Program-made: the position numbers and the translations under genes
Assembly: GCA_030324005.1 (NCBI GenBank)
Contig: JARDVH010000193.1
Coordinates: forward strand, 26,070,346 to 26,134,345
DNA: 64,000 bases
Source of the DNA: Negaprion brevirostris
Taxonomy: Eukaryota
Direction: 5' to 3'
Shown: positions 37,926 to 50,199 of the stretch, piece by piece
How the letters are laid out: every line of letters begins with the position of its first letter
Numbering within the stretch: the first letter of the stretch is position 1
The notes under the pieces: model-generated
Databases searched by the model: none
Told to the model about the DNA's origin: nothing
The model's input: only the letters and a program-made list of their open reading frames with translations

Positions 37926-40878
37926 TAATAATTATATTTATTTTCTTTGAGTCTTCACCCAAAACTGATAAAATACAAGTAACTAAGGGAATATTTTGCT
38001 TGTCTGCTGGAAATGGTTCTTTAGTCCAAAAGACAGGAATGCAATTTTAAAAAGGGTACCTGAGGCAACTTACCAAGATTACTCCCAATTACTTGTTCAC
38101 ATGCTTCTCAAAAAAAACAAACATAATAAGTTACCAGGAAAAGCTCTCAACAATTTCTCAGAAATGGGTGTTTCCTTCTACCTCTGGGAGCCCATTTAAA
38201 TTAAGCCCAGAGTGATGGGATGAAGTCTTTTCTCCCTGCTGGTCACAATCAGTCTGCATAGTCTCTGCCCAATTCGTAATGCCCATGGCCCACAGCCTGT
38301 AAATTTATTCAGTGTTAAATGTGCAATCTTGAACTGATAGAACACAAAAGTGGAGAGTGTAGAAAATGGAAATATTTTCATAGGTGAAGTACAATTAGTT
38401 TCAGCTTCAGTCGACATATTGTTTATATCTGGCCTAATACATTTGTCATGATTGTGCTCACTGGATGACGAAAGTGGAAAAAAGTGTTTCATTCAGAGCA
38501 CTGAAAGCCCTGAATCTCACATAAACTTTCCCAAAACAGGTTGCCCCAGTCCAGTATTTTCTGATAATACCGTGCAGCAAAAACAAATTGGTTGCTGCAG
38601 ATAATGTTCACATTATTTGTATTGAAGTTGTACATTATAGAACAATAGGCTACACGGTGAAGCCAAAAGAATGTTACATATAACATCTTAGGGGAAATTT
38701 TCTTGTGCTTGTTGAAGATTTTATAATTTGATGAGGAAACATCTGAGAATCAAGTGGTTCCAAGGAACCAGGACAATGTCCGCAACCACTGAAAATACAT
38801 TTTCACAACTCATATTCATTACGCGCCATGTAGACCTGCTCACTTAAGTTTTGAACTTATCCAAAACATTGGCTGAAAATTATAGTGAATCCTGTTGATG
38901 TTATTATTGATGACAAATTCCCAAATGAACTTTTGACAAAAACTGCTAACGTACTGATCCACGCATCACAGTTAACGTTTTATTATCGGTATGGACCATC
39001 AAATAAAACAGTGCAAGATAACTGATATATTCTGTGTTTAACACGATTACAATGATGCAAACCAAGCATTAATTTGTAAGGAGTTATTCAGTATGGAGTA
39101 TTTAATCAATTTACTTTAAAATGGATAACGTGTTAACAGCAACGTCGATAATAAAGGCTGTAGTTATAAATTAATTCTCAAAGAACATGGTAAAAGCTAA
39201 CGAACAGCATAAGGGCACTGTGATTTACAAGTGCTTGCACAAGAAGAATCGTTTCTACTATTCTCCATCTCAACACTACAAAGGATAGCAACACTGTCTG
39301 GTTGTACAGTTATTCTTCGTCAACATTCATCGCAAACATTGTTGATATTTTAAAATGCTTTCTCTTATATCAATGTGTGTGTATAGAAAATGTAAATGCT
39401 CATTATGCAATCTGTAGGAAATATGTGCATTTCATTTTAAATTTTGCCATAAATCTTCATTAATCAGCAGCTTCAGAATTTGCTTGGATCTCAAAACCTC
39501 TCTTTGAATCATTGTTAAATAGGGAAGTCTGGAAAATATATAAAAGGCATTCTTTCAAAACACTATGGATTTAGCTGGATTTAAAGATTTCAACCGAATG
39601 TATTTAGAATTATTAACCTCTTGTTGAAAGAGATCCCACTGTGGGACTGATGTTCTGGCAAGCCAAGTTACAAATAGTGACTTTTCACTATGGAATGTAA
39701 TACTTCAGCAATTCTCATCAACTCTAATATTTACATAACTAGCATCACATAAATACTAGAAGAAACTTTTCAACTTGACAATGAAAACTAAGGAATATAA
39801 ATCAATGCAGCTTCTCTTGTAAGATATTACAAAATTCAAAATTACATGACATAGGTCAATATCTAAAATTCATGTTATTGACCAGATCACAAACAATGAC
39901 TGACCAAAAAAGCAAGATTGCTAATTCCATGGTGATATTTGAATTCTAATTGAAATTGTGTTAAATCTTGCTTGTTTTAATCACAATAATGACTCTCACA
40001 TTAATGATAATGAAGAAATCTTCTTGCAATCTGAAAGTTAGGTAACTTCAATGGCAATATGTGTAAATTATTTGTAGGTAATATCAAAAAGACTCATCCA
40101 TTAATTTGCCTGAAGATCATTTAATGAAGTGATAATGAAAAAAATGAATCTATTTTCAGATTTTTGAAGCCACGAAAAATATCATTCTACTTGTCAAAAT
40201 GCATTCATCACAGTTCAATGTTCCCATTCAGTAACACAGCCATGTACCACATTAAGGAAAAGGTGCTTTCCCATTAACAGTAGCATAGATATGCAGCAGT
40301 ACGGGATAACTCCCACAGTCATTCCCATCTCTCCAGCAGAGTTTCTCCCTTCTCTGCCACAACAAAACCTCCAGGGTCCTTTGACAGTCATTATACTCAG
40401 CTCAAGTTTTCCTGGATACAATTATCACCAAGTAAGCCATACCTTGAAGAGTCCCTATTCCTTAAATATTCAAAAGCCTCATCTGTTTTCTCTGGAACAG
40501 AAATTGAACTCTTAAAAACATCTTACTTTGTTAAGCAGTCTCTGAGACTCAATCAGTAGCTGCCCTTTTTCTGAGATACTGTGAAATGGTGTTGGAACTC
40601 AATAAGGTTTGATTCGAATGTATCCTTCCATGACAAATTGATCACATGGGCATGACTCCGGGCTGAGGTGTTTATCTGTAATTTTTTTTTGCTCAAGTTA
40701 AAGGTGCATTTCAAAACATGACCATTTTATAAAATACAGCATTCATGACAAAATTACTGAAAACATCACAAAATTTTTATATGATGATGTTTTTAAATGA
40801 TTTATTTTACTTCATAGCAAAATTGAGTGATGCAGAAAGACATATGATTTCCTAGCTACTTCTGTCTCTCAGTAAATC

Positions 40879-41583
40879 TGTTGCAATTGAGAAAAGCTGC
40901 CCAGATGAAGTCCTATGAAACCAAAGTGCCAAATTTCTCAACTGGACACAGTGAAAGACTATTTTACTTACACTTACAAATTCTCAGATCTACTGACTCA
41001 GAGATCTTCTACAGAGACAAGAGTCCAGAAAAGAGAGACTGGGAAACAGCTGCTGCAAACACCAAGGCTGTTCTCCATTAGACTCCCAAGCAAAATGCGG
41101 GTGGGAGCTCATTCTCTGGTTGAAGCGACTGGCCCTACACATTGAAGAGCACTGGAAGATTCACCCTGGAATCACTGGGCTTGCTGGTAGAAACTGGTTT
41201 GGAGATTTTCAGAAGATTGAGGAAAACGACTTTAGACAGACAGTGGACATTAAGACTCAGTGAAATGAGAAGAAATAAGCCTGTTGGAAAATGGGAGTAA
41301 TTTCCGAGTGGTTCCTATAAGGGCTGCAGTTCTGTTGGTAGTGTGGTGAAATGTAAAAACATGGCAAGAGGTTTGCAGCCATGTTAGAAATTAATGAGAG
41401 GATTCCCTTCTGTAGTTTAATGTATTAATTGCCTACACAGTAATGTTTGCACCAGTTTGATTTTTGCTTTTCTTGTTATAATAAAAGCATAAAAACGTGA
41501 AATCTTTTCATATGACCTTGAGTCAGCAGCAGGGAATTAGAATCTATTTTTAAAAGTTGTCAATGTCTACTGGAATCATAACA
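40879..41583 (+). mobile_element. Probable solo LTR (Gypsy-type)
   Basis: TGTTGCAAT...ATCATAACA with AATAAA at ~41480. No clear target-site duplication. Confidence 0.55.
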
Positions 41584-41944
41584 ATGTCATTAAAAATAAA
41601 TATCAAAACATTTACTAGCATATAAATGGCACATATTGGCATATATGCCTCAAATATGACACACTGCATCTGTACGTCCAAGAGGTGTAATTGCATCTCT
41701 ACCAATTTTCTAGCAAGTTCTGCTCCTACTGGAGTTATGATGAAACACATAAAACTGCCAAGGAATTTTGGCCCTTGTGTAGTCCTCAGTGTAACATAAA
41801 ATAGAGGCAGCTAAAATCCATTGGATAAAATACTGTTGTGAATCTAACTTCTTGGAGGTAACAAATCCATGCTCCATCCAAACATATGAGAACGCTAATT
41901 AAAATCAGTCAAAAGTAGTCAGTGAAATCAGATAGCTGTCCACA

Positions 41945-42330
41945 TCCTCTAACATAGTTGTTACGTTACTGGACCATATACCCGAGGCCTGGATTAATTA
42001 TTCACCTTTATATGTTCCAATCTCACTAAAGCTTCAGCGGAATTTAAATCTAATAAAACAAAATCCTGGAATAAAAAAAACTAGTTATCAACAATAGTGA
42101 CCACTGAAGTAAAGGACTGTCATAAAAACCCATTTGATTCACTAAGGGCCTTTAAGGAAGGGGGTCTGCCAACCTTGCCTAGTTTAGCCATTAAGTGACA
42201 CCATGCCCACAGAAATACGGTTGACTCTTTACTGCCCTTTGAAGTGGCTGAGGAAGCCACAGTTAAAGACAAGACAGGCAATGAATGCTGCCCTTGCTAG
42301 TGATGTCCACATCCTGTAAATTAATAAAAA
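41945..42330 (+). mobile_element. tRNA-derived SINE, near full length, with family-B LINE tail
   Basis: Core GGAAGGGGGTCTGCC..GGTTGACTCTT and tail GGCAATGAATGCTGCCCTTGCTAGTGATGTCCACATCC. Confidence 0.75.
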
Positions 42331-42899
42331 TCTAGAAAATTGTGCTCAATTCTGGTCCCCTTTGGTCAGGGATACAGAGGGTGTGGAAAAGGTTCAGAGC
42401 AAAGCCTCTAGATTAATATTTAATTTCAAAGGTTATGGTACACAATAGATCAGAGACCTGAATCTGTAAAGTCTTTACCAAAGAATTTTAAAAAATGAAG
42501 GGCCTAGACAAAATGGCTCGTATGGATGGGAAGCATTGGAGATTGAATTGCCCAGTTGCAACACCGTTCAAACAGAAGTTTTAATAGAGAAATACAATTT
42601 GGTGTAGGGGTTTCAAGTTTAATTTTGATCATACAAGCACTTTGATATGTGCTGCCACAAAATGCTTGCATGGAAACTCCTAAGTATGATTTCAAGTATG
42701 GTGCATTCCCCACTTGCCTAACTCCATTGGTGGATATTATAATCACTTCCAAAAATTTCAGTGAGTAATGGATTAAAACCAGGCAATGACCCAGCCCCCA
42801 CACTGTCCAGCAAGTTCTTCTCCATGCTCCTGACGTTTGCCTTCCCTGCAGATATGTAGGGAATCTACTTACACACTGGGTCAGACAACAAGCTCTAAA

Positions 42900-43680
42900 T
42901 GTATCAAGACTGCTGGAAGTTGATTCTGTTTTCTTGAGTCCACAGCGACAGGCAATCTGCCTCTTGATGCCAAGCCCAATGCACATGTAGAGAAAGCAGC
43001 TACCACCTTTAGCCAATTCACAAACATATGTGGGAAACATCAAGCTGACCCTTAAGAGCAAGCTTTATGAGGCCTTTGTGTTTTCAGTACCTTGTTACAT
43101 GGCTGTAAAGCATGAATGACCTACAGCTACCAGGAAAAGAAGTTCAATCGTTTACATCTTTGCTGTTTGTGAAGAATTCTGGGCCTATATCTGCAGGCAA
43201 AAAAATCACACGTGAAGTTCTCTTATAGAAAGAGCTCCTAAGCATGTTGGCACTGATCAAACAGAGGCGGCTTGGGTGGATCAAGCACATCCATAGGTTG
43301 GAAACCAGTTGTATATTCAAGGACCGTCATTCTGGTGAGGGGGCCAGAGCTAGACAACCAGGTGTATCCAAAGCCCTGTTTCAAGAATGCTTGCAAACAT
43401 GACATGAAGGTCCTAAACATTGATTATTACACCTAGGGATCAATAGCTGGTGAAAAATTGAAATGGTGACATATCCTGTGAACTGGCATTACCATGGCAA
43501 CCATGGCTACAGCAGTTTGGCAACAGGCACCAATGCCAAAGAAAATTATTCCACATCATCACTTGGTGGCTTCAAGCCCGGCACTTTTGGAAGAAGCTGC
43601 CTTTCAAGGATCGACCTTCACAGTCACGAGCAAAGAAGCACCAATTGAAGACGCACCAATTGAAGGCACACCATCTAAAT
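42900..43680 (+). mobile_element. RTE-clade LINE 3' half
   Basis: EKAATTFSQF..NIKLTLKSK; EKKFNRLHLCCL*RILG; C-terminal SCLSRIDLHSH; short tandem repeat tail. Confidence 0.85.
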
Positions 43681-43874
43681 GAATTGTTTGCTGTCAGTCA
43701 TCATCTCTCATGGATCAGTTGTTGGCATATCAACAGATCAGAGACTGTGAGCCTTCCCAAAATGATGGAAGAAGAAACACATGAATTATTTCGCTCTGCA
43801 GATTTGCACTTAAGAAACAGTGCTAAGCGTGGTTCTGGAAGAGAATGGGAACTTAGCATGGGTCTCAAAGTTAA

Positions 43875-44330
43875 AATCCATTCAGTGCACCAAGTCCTGT
43901 TTACACATCACCCCTGCATTCAATGATCAATATTGGCTTCCAACGTTTCACTTTAAAAATTCTCATCCTTGTTTTCAATGTTTTCTATGGTCTCACCTTT
44001 ATTTCTGTAACCTCTTCCAGTTCCATAACCCTCCAAAGTATCTGTGTTTATCTAAATTTGGACTTTCCAGATTTTAATTGGTCCACAATTTTTGATCGAG
44101 CTTTCAGCTGCCTAGGTCCTAAGCTTTGGAATTCCTTTCCTAAACCTCTCTGTCTCTCTATTCCTCTTTCCTCCTTTAACTTGTTCCTTAAAACCTACCT
44201 CTGTGACCAAGCTTCTGGCCATCTGCCTTTCAGACAGCCTTAAATGGCTCAGTGTCAAAACTCCCACAAAGTGCCTCAAGATGTTTTATTATGTTCGAAG
44301 CATTATATAAACACAAGCTATTGTTGCTGA
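43875..44330 (+). mobile_element. L2 LINE 3' end
   Basis: LKILILVF..DRAFSCLGPKLWNSFPKPL..FLKTYL, then the L2 tail. Confidence 0.9.
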
Positions 44331-44598
44331 ATAAAGAATTAGAAAATAAAGTTTGCAATGCCCCTTAATATAGCCATATATTACAAAAATCATTTATGTC
44401 TATATGCACAACACTACGACATATTTTGTTTCATATTAACAATCACAAAACATATTTCTTTAAATACAATGATAATTTAATAATTCAGCTTTATTTAATC
44501 AGAACCTAGTTCAAATGTACTAATAATGTAGCTGGATAAATAGAAAAACATCATTGCAATTAAGATGTTGACCAGAGTTTATGTGGAAGTTGACGATC

Positions 44599-44909
44599 CT
44601 AGAATCCCGACAATGCAGAAGGACGCCATTCAGCCTATCAAGCCTGCACTAATGATAACCCCACCCAGGCCCTATTCCCATAACCTTGTTATTTACTCCA
44701 CTAATTCCCCCTGACATTAAGGGGCAATTTAGCATGGCCAATTCACCTAACCTGCACATGTTTGGGAGGAAACCAGAGCAGCTGGAGGAAACCCACTCAG
44801 ACAGGGGGAGAATGTGCAAACTCCGCACAGTCACCCAAGGCCAGAATTGAACCCAGGTCCCTGGCATTGAGAGGCGGCAGTGCTAACCACTATGCCACCG
44901 TGCTGCCCC
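44599..44909 (-). mobile_element. HE1-type V-SINE with CR1 tail
   Basis: Reverse-complement homolog of the 2544 copy. Confidence 0.9.
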
Positions 44910-46059
44910 ATCTTTATGATGAAACATCCTTCTCTGGAAATACTGCAGATAGGAACATTAACTATCTTCCTGCTGCTAGAAAAATAAAACTTTTCACTGA
45001 AACTTTATTCATTAAAATAAGGTACGTTGGTCAAAGGAAAGAATTGAACGTCAATTGCATCACCTGTGTGCTGATGCACTCGTAGGGATGATCTATTACA
45101 GAATATTATTTGTCACTGATAACGGGACAGTCTGTATATTGCTTCTAGCTTTGTTTATCTAATGTCTCAAAAGCAGATTCAGAAAATATAAACACAACAG
45201 CAAGACCCAAGAGTTAATAAACGTGGCATGGATTAAGACACGTAAAAGACATTTTCGCAAGATGCTTATATCACAATTGTACATGACAAACATCAGATCT
45301 CAGATAGTATTTTGTTCAAGGAAAACATTGAGATGCCTTTCGTGTACGGACAGGTAGAGGCGACTCAGGAAGAGGCTACTCTCAATGGAGCTATGTCTTT
45401 TCACATCTCCTTAGTATAAGATTTGAAAATATTAAATAACTATTTGGAAGAAACCTGGTTTAATTGCTGAACAGTACAAACAGTTAAAAAATATATCATT
45501 TGAATTGGGAATTTTCTACCAAGTCATTTAGCTGCAACAATCAGGGATTCAACCACTGAGAACCATTCTAAAATCATCACATATAGATATAATTTACCTC
45601 CTGACTGATCATCTGATTATACCACTGACTGATAAGCAAACCCCTTCAATTTATTTATTTTTTTCATTGTCTACTTTTGAAGTAGCCACTTAAAAATGAT
45701 GTCTGTTTCACAGTCTTAACGACTGTCCCACAAATCAGAAAAAAAGGAACTAAGTTATGGAACTAACTGCTCAGCAGAGAATGGTACAATATTTGTGCGG
45801 AGGTGGGGTGGGGGAGACAGGAAAACCAAATAAAAGAGAAATAGAAAGGATTAAAAGGATATTCAAAATGCAATTTGAAACCTTTTAGTTTTTAATCTAG
45901 CATCACAGGACCGAGACTTCCACTTTTTACTTAAATTGGACATCTCCACTGGGATATTCCATGCTGTGTTTCTGCAGGTATTTTGTTTCTTCCATGTTTC
46001 TTGGAGCTCAGTTGCATATTTCTTTCAGTAAGGCACAACAGTCAAGCAAGCAGAAATAA

Positions 46060-46639
46060 TCAAAATAAAGTGGATGCTGGAATCTAAAGAAAAAGGAGGA
46101 TGCTGGAAAAAATTGAGCAGGTCTGCAGTACCCATCAGAGAGAAACAGAGTTAATATTTCACGTCATAGATCCATCATTGGAACTGAAAGGAGGGAGAAT
46201 GAGTTAGAGCAAAAGGAACTGCTACAAGAAGTAGCAACTTTAAGAACAAATGACACATGAGCTGGCGCACGAGGGAGAGGGGGTGCTTAGCACTGAGGCA
46301 ATATATACATGGATTTTTTTTAAAGAGAAAGGTGTCTTTAAGATGGGGAAAGGTCAAAATCTAAATTGTCGGTCAAAATTCTGTACCTAGGGTAGCAACA
46401 TGTCCAATCCAAAGAAGAGATGCTGTTCCTGCAACTTGTGCTGGGCTTCACTGGAGCATTGCAGCAGTCCGACGATGAGCATGAGAGCAAGGTGCTGAGG
46501 TAAAATAGCATGCAACAAGAAGGTTGGGGTTATGCTTGCAGACTGTGCGAAGTTTTGCTCTAACACATTTTCCCATCCTTTCAGTTCTGATGAAGGGTTT
46601 ATGACGCGAAACGTTAACTCTGTTTCTCTTCTGACAGAT
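46060..46639 (-). mobile_element. 5'-truncated Penelope-like element with an inverted terminal copy
   Basis: Minus-strand GIY-YIG end (46370-46550) and 3' terminus (46070-46214). Segment 46553-46639 is an inverted copy of 46135-46214. Confidence 0.8.
46582..46620 (+). ncRNA. Minimal type-I hammerhead ribozyme motif (PLE-type)
   Basis: AGTT-CTGATGA-A-GGGTT-TAT-GACGC-GAAAC-GTT-AACT. Core boxes are intact, stem I is AGTT/AACT, stem II has one mismatch, and stem III is the palindromic AACGTT. Confidence 0.7.
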
Positions 46640-46999
46640 NNNNNNNNNNNNNNNNNNNNNNNNNNNNNNNNNNNNNNNNNNNTTAAATGGCCTTATCCGT
46701 ACAGTTTCTTCAAATATGCCAGATACTGCCTGGAATTTTACCCATCTCTGGTTGGAAAAGCCTTCTCTTTTGAAACAATGCAGAGAGCTTATTCTTACTT
46801 GGTCTTCCTACACTTGCATTTAATCCATTGTTGAGTTTCCCCAGTCTTATAATATTTGAAGTGTGAGGACCCACAATTTTTTCTTAGGATGTTTCTTTGA
46901 TGTTTTCGATTAAACAAAATCTTGAACTCTTTGATGCTTTTCTTTCTGTAATTTCCTAATAATGTTAGGGGCTGTGGGTTTTATCAGAAAAAGAAGTTT

Positions 47000-47310
47000 A
47001 AAGTTGGAGTTTATTTTATTAGCCACAAGTAGGCTTACATTAATACTGCATTGAAGTTACTGTGGAAATTCTCTCGTTGCCACACTCTGGTGCCTGTTCG
47101 GGTACGCTAATGGAGAATTTAGCATGGCCAACACACCTAGCCAATACGTCTTTCGGACAGTGGGAGGAAACTGGAGCACCTGGAGAAAACCCACGCAGGC
47201 ATGGGAAGAAAGTGTAGGCTCCACACAGACAGTGACCCAACCCGGGAATGGAAGCCAGGCCCCGGCACTGTGAGGCAGCAGTGCTAACCACTGTGCCATC
47301 ATGCCATCCC
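47000..47310 (-). mobile_element. V-SINE, alternative-tail subfamily
   Basis: HE1-like head and V-domain. The tail reads CCGAACAGGCACCAGAGTGTGGC..AATGTAAGCCTACTTGTG on the minus strand. Confidence 0.9.
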
Positions 47311-47409
47311 AAGACCCGATTTGCACACAGGCTGTTAGTAGAATAGGGACACAACGTAATACAGTAAAACAATCAAGTCAGAGCGATAAGCTGTGGTACG
47401 TTGCAAGGG

Positions 47410-47825
47410 AGTGAGGCAATGGGCAGATGGTCTCTACTATAATATCAGGAGTATTATAGACAAAATGGATGAGTTCATGGTGAGGATTGACATGTGGAAT
47501 TGTAATATCGTAGCCATCACAGAGACATGGTTGAAGGAAGGGCAATATTGGCAAATAAGGAGCAGCTGTAGGCCATTCGATCCCTTGAGCATGTTTTGCC
47601 ATTCAACCAGATGGTGGCAGAGCTGATTATGGCCTCAACTCCACATTCTATTTCCCCCTGATAACTTTTGGCTCCCTAGTTAGTCAAGAATTTATCTACT
47701 TTTGCCTTAAAAATATTCATTCAGCATGTCTCCACTACTATCTGGGAAAGAGTGACAAAGATTCACGACCCTCTTGAGAGAAAAAAACCTCCTAATTGCC
47801 ACTTTAAAAGTAAGATCGTTACATG
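47410..47825. mobile_element. CR1 fragments (endonuclease start on +, 3' end on -)
   Basis: LYYNIRSIIDKMDE..IVAITETWL, then a reversed CR1 tail. Confidence 0.75.
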
Positions 47826-48054
47826 TTCACCTAAAAAGTTCTCTTGTGCACATTTAATGAAATCCACTCCAGTTGATTTCAGCTTTCCCAACATCAATTA
47901 GGATAAGCATAATGTGGGGCTCATTGCAGTGGTGAACGTCTCCATTCACAGTGCTACAGCTCCCATGCCTCAAGGAATTCTACCAGATGTGGCTCCTGAG
48001 ACACAACATTCCTGCCCACTGGAGCATCATAGTGACGTTCATCTCTCCTCCTCA

Positions 48055-48232
48055 TAGAATCATGCAATCCTACAGTGCAGAAGAAGGCCATTCGACCTGC
48101 CAAGCCTACACGGACCACAGTCCCACCCAGGCCCTATCCCCCTAACCCCATGCATTTACCCTGCTTGTCCCCCTCACACTAAGGGCCAATTTAGCATGGC
48201 CAATCCATGGCCTAACCCTCACATCTTTGGAC
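48055..48232 (-). mobile_element. HE1 SINE 3' part
   Basis: CATAGAATC..GGCCATTCG..CCCAGGCCCTATCCCC..AATTTAGCATGGCCAATCC. Confidence 0.85.
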
Positions 48233-48831
48233 TCTTCCTGCACTCAGGTGTGGTGACTTTCATCCTTTGGCATTGACTCTAACACTCGCACTACATCCCT
48301 TTGAAGTTCTTGTATCTGAGCTGGCAGAGTGTGTGCTAGTCAAATGCACATACTCAGATGTGTCTTCCTCCTCTCAATGCTTGAGCAGTGATCTGGCCCT
48401 GTGGGAGTTTGGGGGTGGGGTGGAAAGGCTAAGGGGGAGGGGGGTTTTACAGGGGTGGCAGTGAGGAAGCTGAGCTGGGATCTGTATCAGACACGAAAGG
48501 AGTTATTTCAGGTATGAACCTTATCATTGTGAAAGCACTTTGTGATGCATGGCATTGTTTAACCATGTTTGCTTATGATGCAACTTCATCCTTTCACTTC
48601 CACTCACACTAACATCCCATTATGCGTAGTGAACTGACAGCATGGTGTCCTCCTCGACCACTGACAGCCCTGCTGGTTTCCTCCACCTTAGTCACACTGC
48701 TCTGCTGTGACAGTTTGCTGCTGTGAGGGATCTGGTCAAAGGTCAAACAGTGTGGCTGCATCCTGCTAATGGGTGACACAAGGGCAAGTGGATGGGTTAA
48801 TGAGCATGGCACTGTTCTTTATTCATCCACC

Positions 48832-49230
48832 CAGTGGCGGATTAACTATAACCTGGACCCCTAGGCTGAGCTTTAGTAAGGCCTCCTGAGCTTGCCCCGT
48901 GCCCCACCCGTCATTGAATAGAATAAAGATAACTTATATTGTTGTACTATGTATAATGTACTGCATGTATAATATCATAAAGTTATATGAATCAATTACA
49001 GCCCTTTTATTCATTTATTTTTCATTTTCTTTACATTTGTATTTTAAAAAGCACTACTTCTAAATGTTTATATATTTGGAACCTAATTTAGAAAACAAAA
49101 TAGTATTTGTAATATTCCAGATATGAAAATAGTATATGCAAAAGTACTGAAATATCATCCAAAATACTCACATGTACACTCAAATAAACCATTTTTTGTA
49201 CACTCAATTAACCCTTTGAAGGTTAAAGGG
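48832..49230. mobile_element. Possible non-autonomous hAT fragment
   Basis: Starts CAGTGGCGGATT, a hAT-like terminus, followed by an AT-rich body. The other end was not found. Confidence 0.35.
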
Positions 49231-49312
49231 TCACCCAATGCTAGCTAGAATTGAAACCAGGCCCTTGACACTTTGAGGCAGTAGTGCTAAGCACTGTTCC
49301 ACTGTGACACCC

Positions 49313-50190
49313 AAGGTCAGAAGTGGTCAGAAGTCCACATCCAAATGCAGAAAGAACTGGATTAACATCTGGGCTTGGCTGACAAGTGGCAAGTAACATT
49401 CGCACCAAGTGCCATTTCCAATTACAAAATGCCAAGGTAATTACCATCTGCAACATGAGAAAATGCAACCATCTCCCATGACATTTGATGGCACTACCAT
49501 CGCTGAATCCCTGACTATCAACATCCTGGGAATTACTTTTGACCAGAAACAGAACTAGACTAGCCAAATAAGTACCATGTCTATGAGAGCAGGTCAGGAG
49601 GCTCAGAATCCTGCAGTGAGTAACTCATCCCCTGATTCCCCAAAGAGTGTCCAACAACTATATGGCACAAGTCAAGAGTGTGGTGGAATAATCTCCACTT
49701 GCCTGAATGAACAAAGCTCCAACAACACTCAAGAAGCTTTACATCATCCGGCACAAAGCAGCCCATTTGGTTCGCACCCCATCCACAAACATTCACTCCC
49801 TCCATGACTGGTGCACAGTAGCAGCAGTGTGTATCATCTACAAGATGCACAGTAGTAAGTTACTATGGCTTCCTTGACAGTGCCTTCCAAACCCACAACC
49901 ATTACCATCTAGATGCACAAAGGCAGCAGACAAATGGGAACACTATCACCTGGAATATCCCCTCCAAGCCACTCACCATCCTGTCTTGGAAATATATCTC
50001 TGCTCTTTCACTGTCGCTCAGTCAAAATCCTGGAACTCCCTCCTTCGAAGTATTGTGGGCATATCTACACCACATGGGCTGCAGTGTTTCAAGAAGGCAG
50101 CCTCACCACCATCTTCTCAAGGGCAATTAGGGATGGACAATAAATATTGGCTTAGCCAGCGAAGCCCACATCCCATGAATGAATTTTAAA
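49313..50190 (+). mobile_element. LINE family B 3' part
   Basis: Homologous to 18454-19045. Ends GGGCAATTAGGGATGGACAATAAATATTGGC..CCCACATCCCATGAATGAAT. Confidence 0.85.
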
Positions 50191-50199
50191 AATCACCTA

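Noticed and set aside
42504-43061. 185-aa minus-strand ORF, the longest in the window
   Set aside because: Partly antisense to the RTE relic with no domain signature, so likely a chance ORF.
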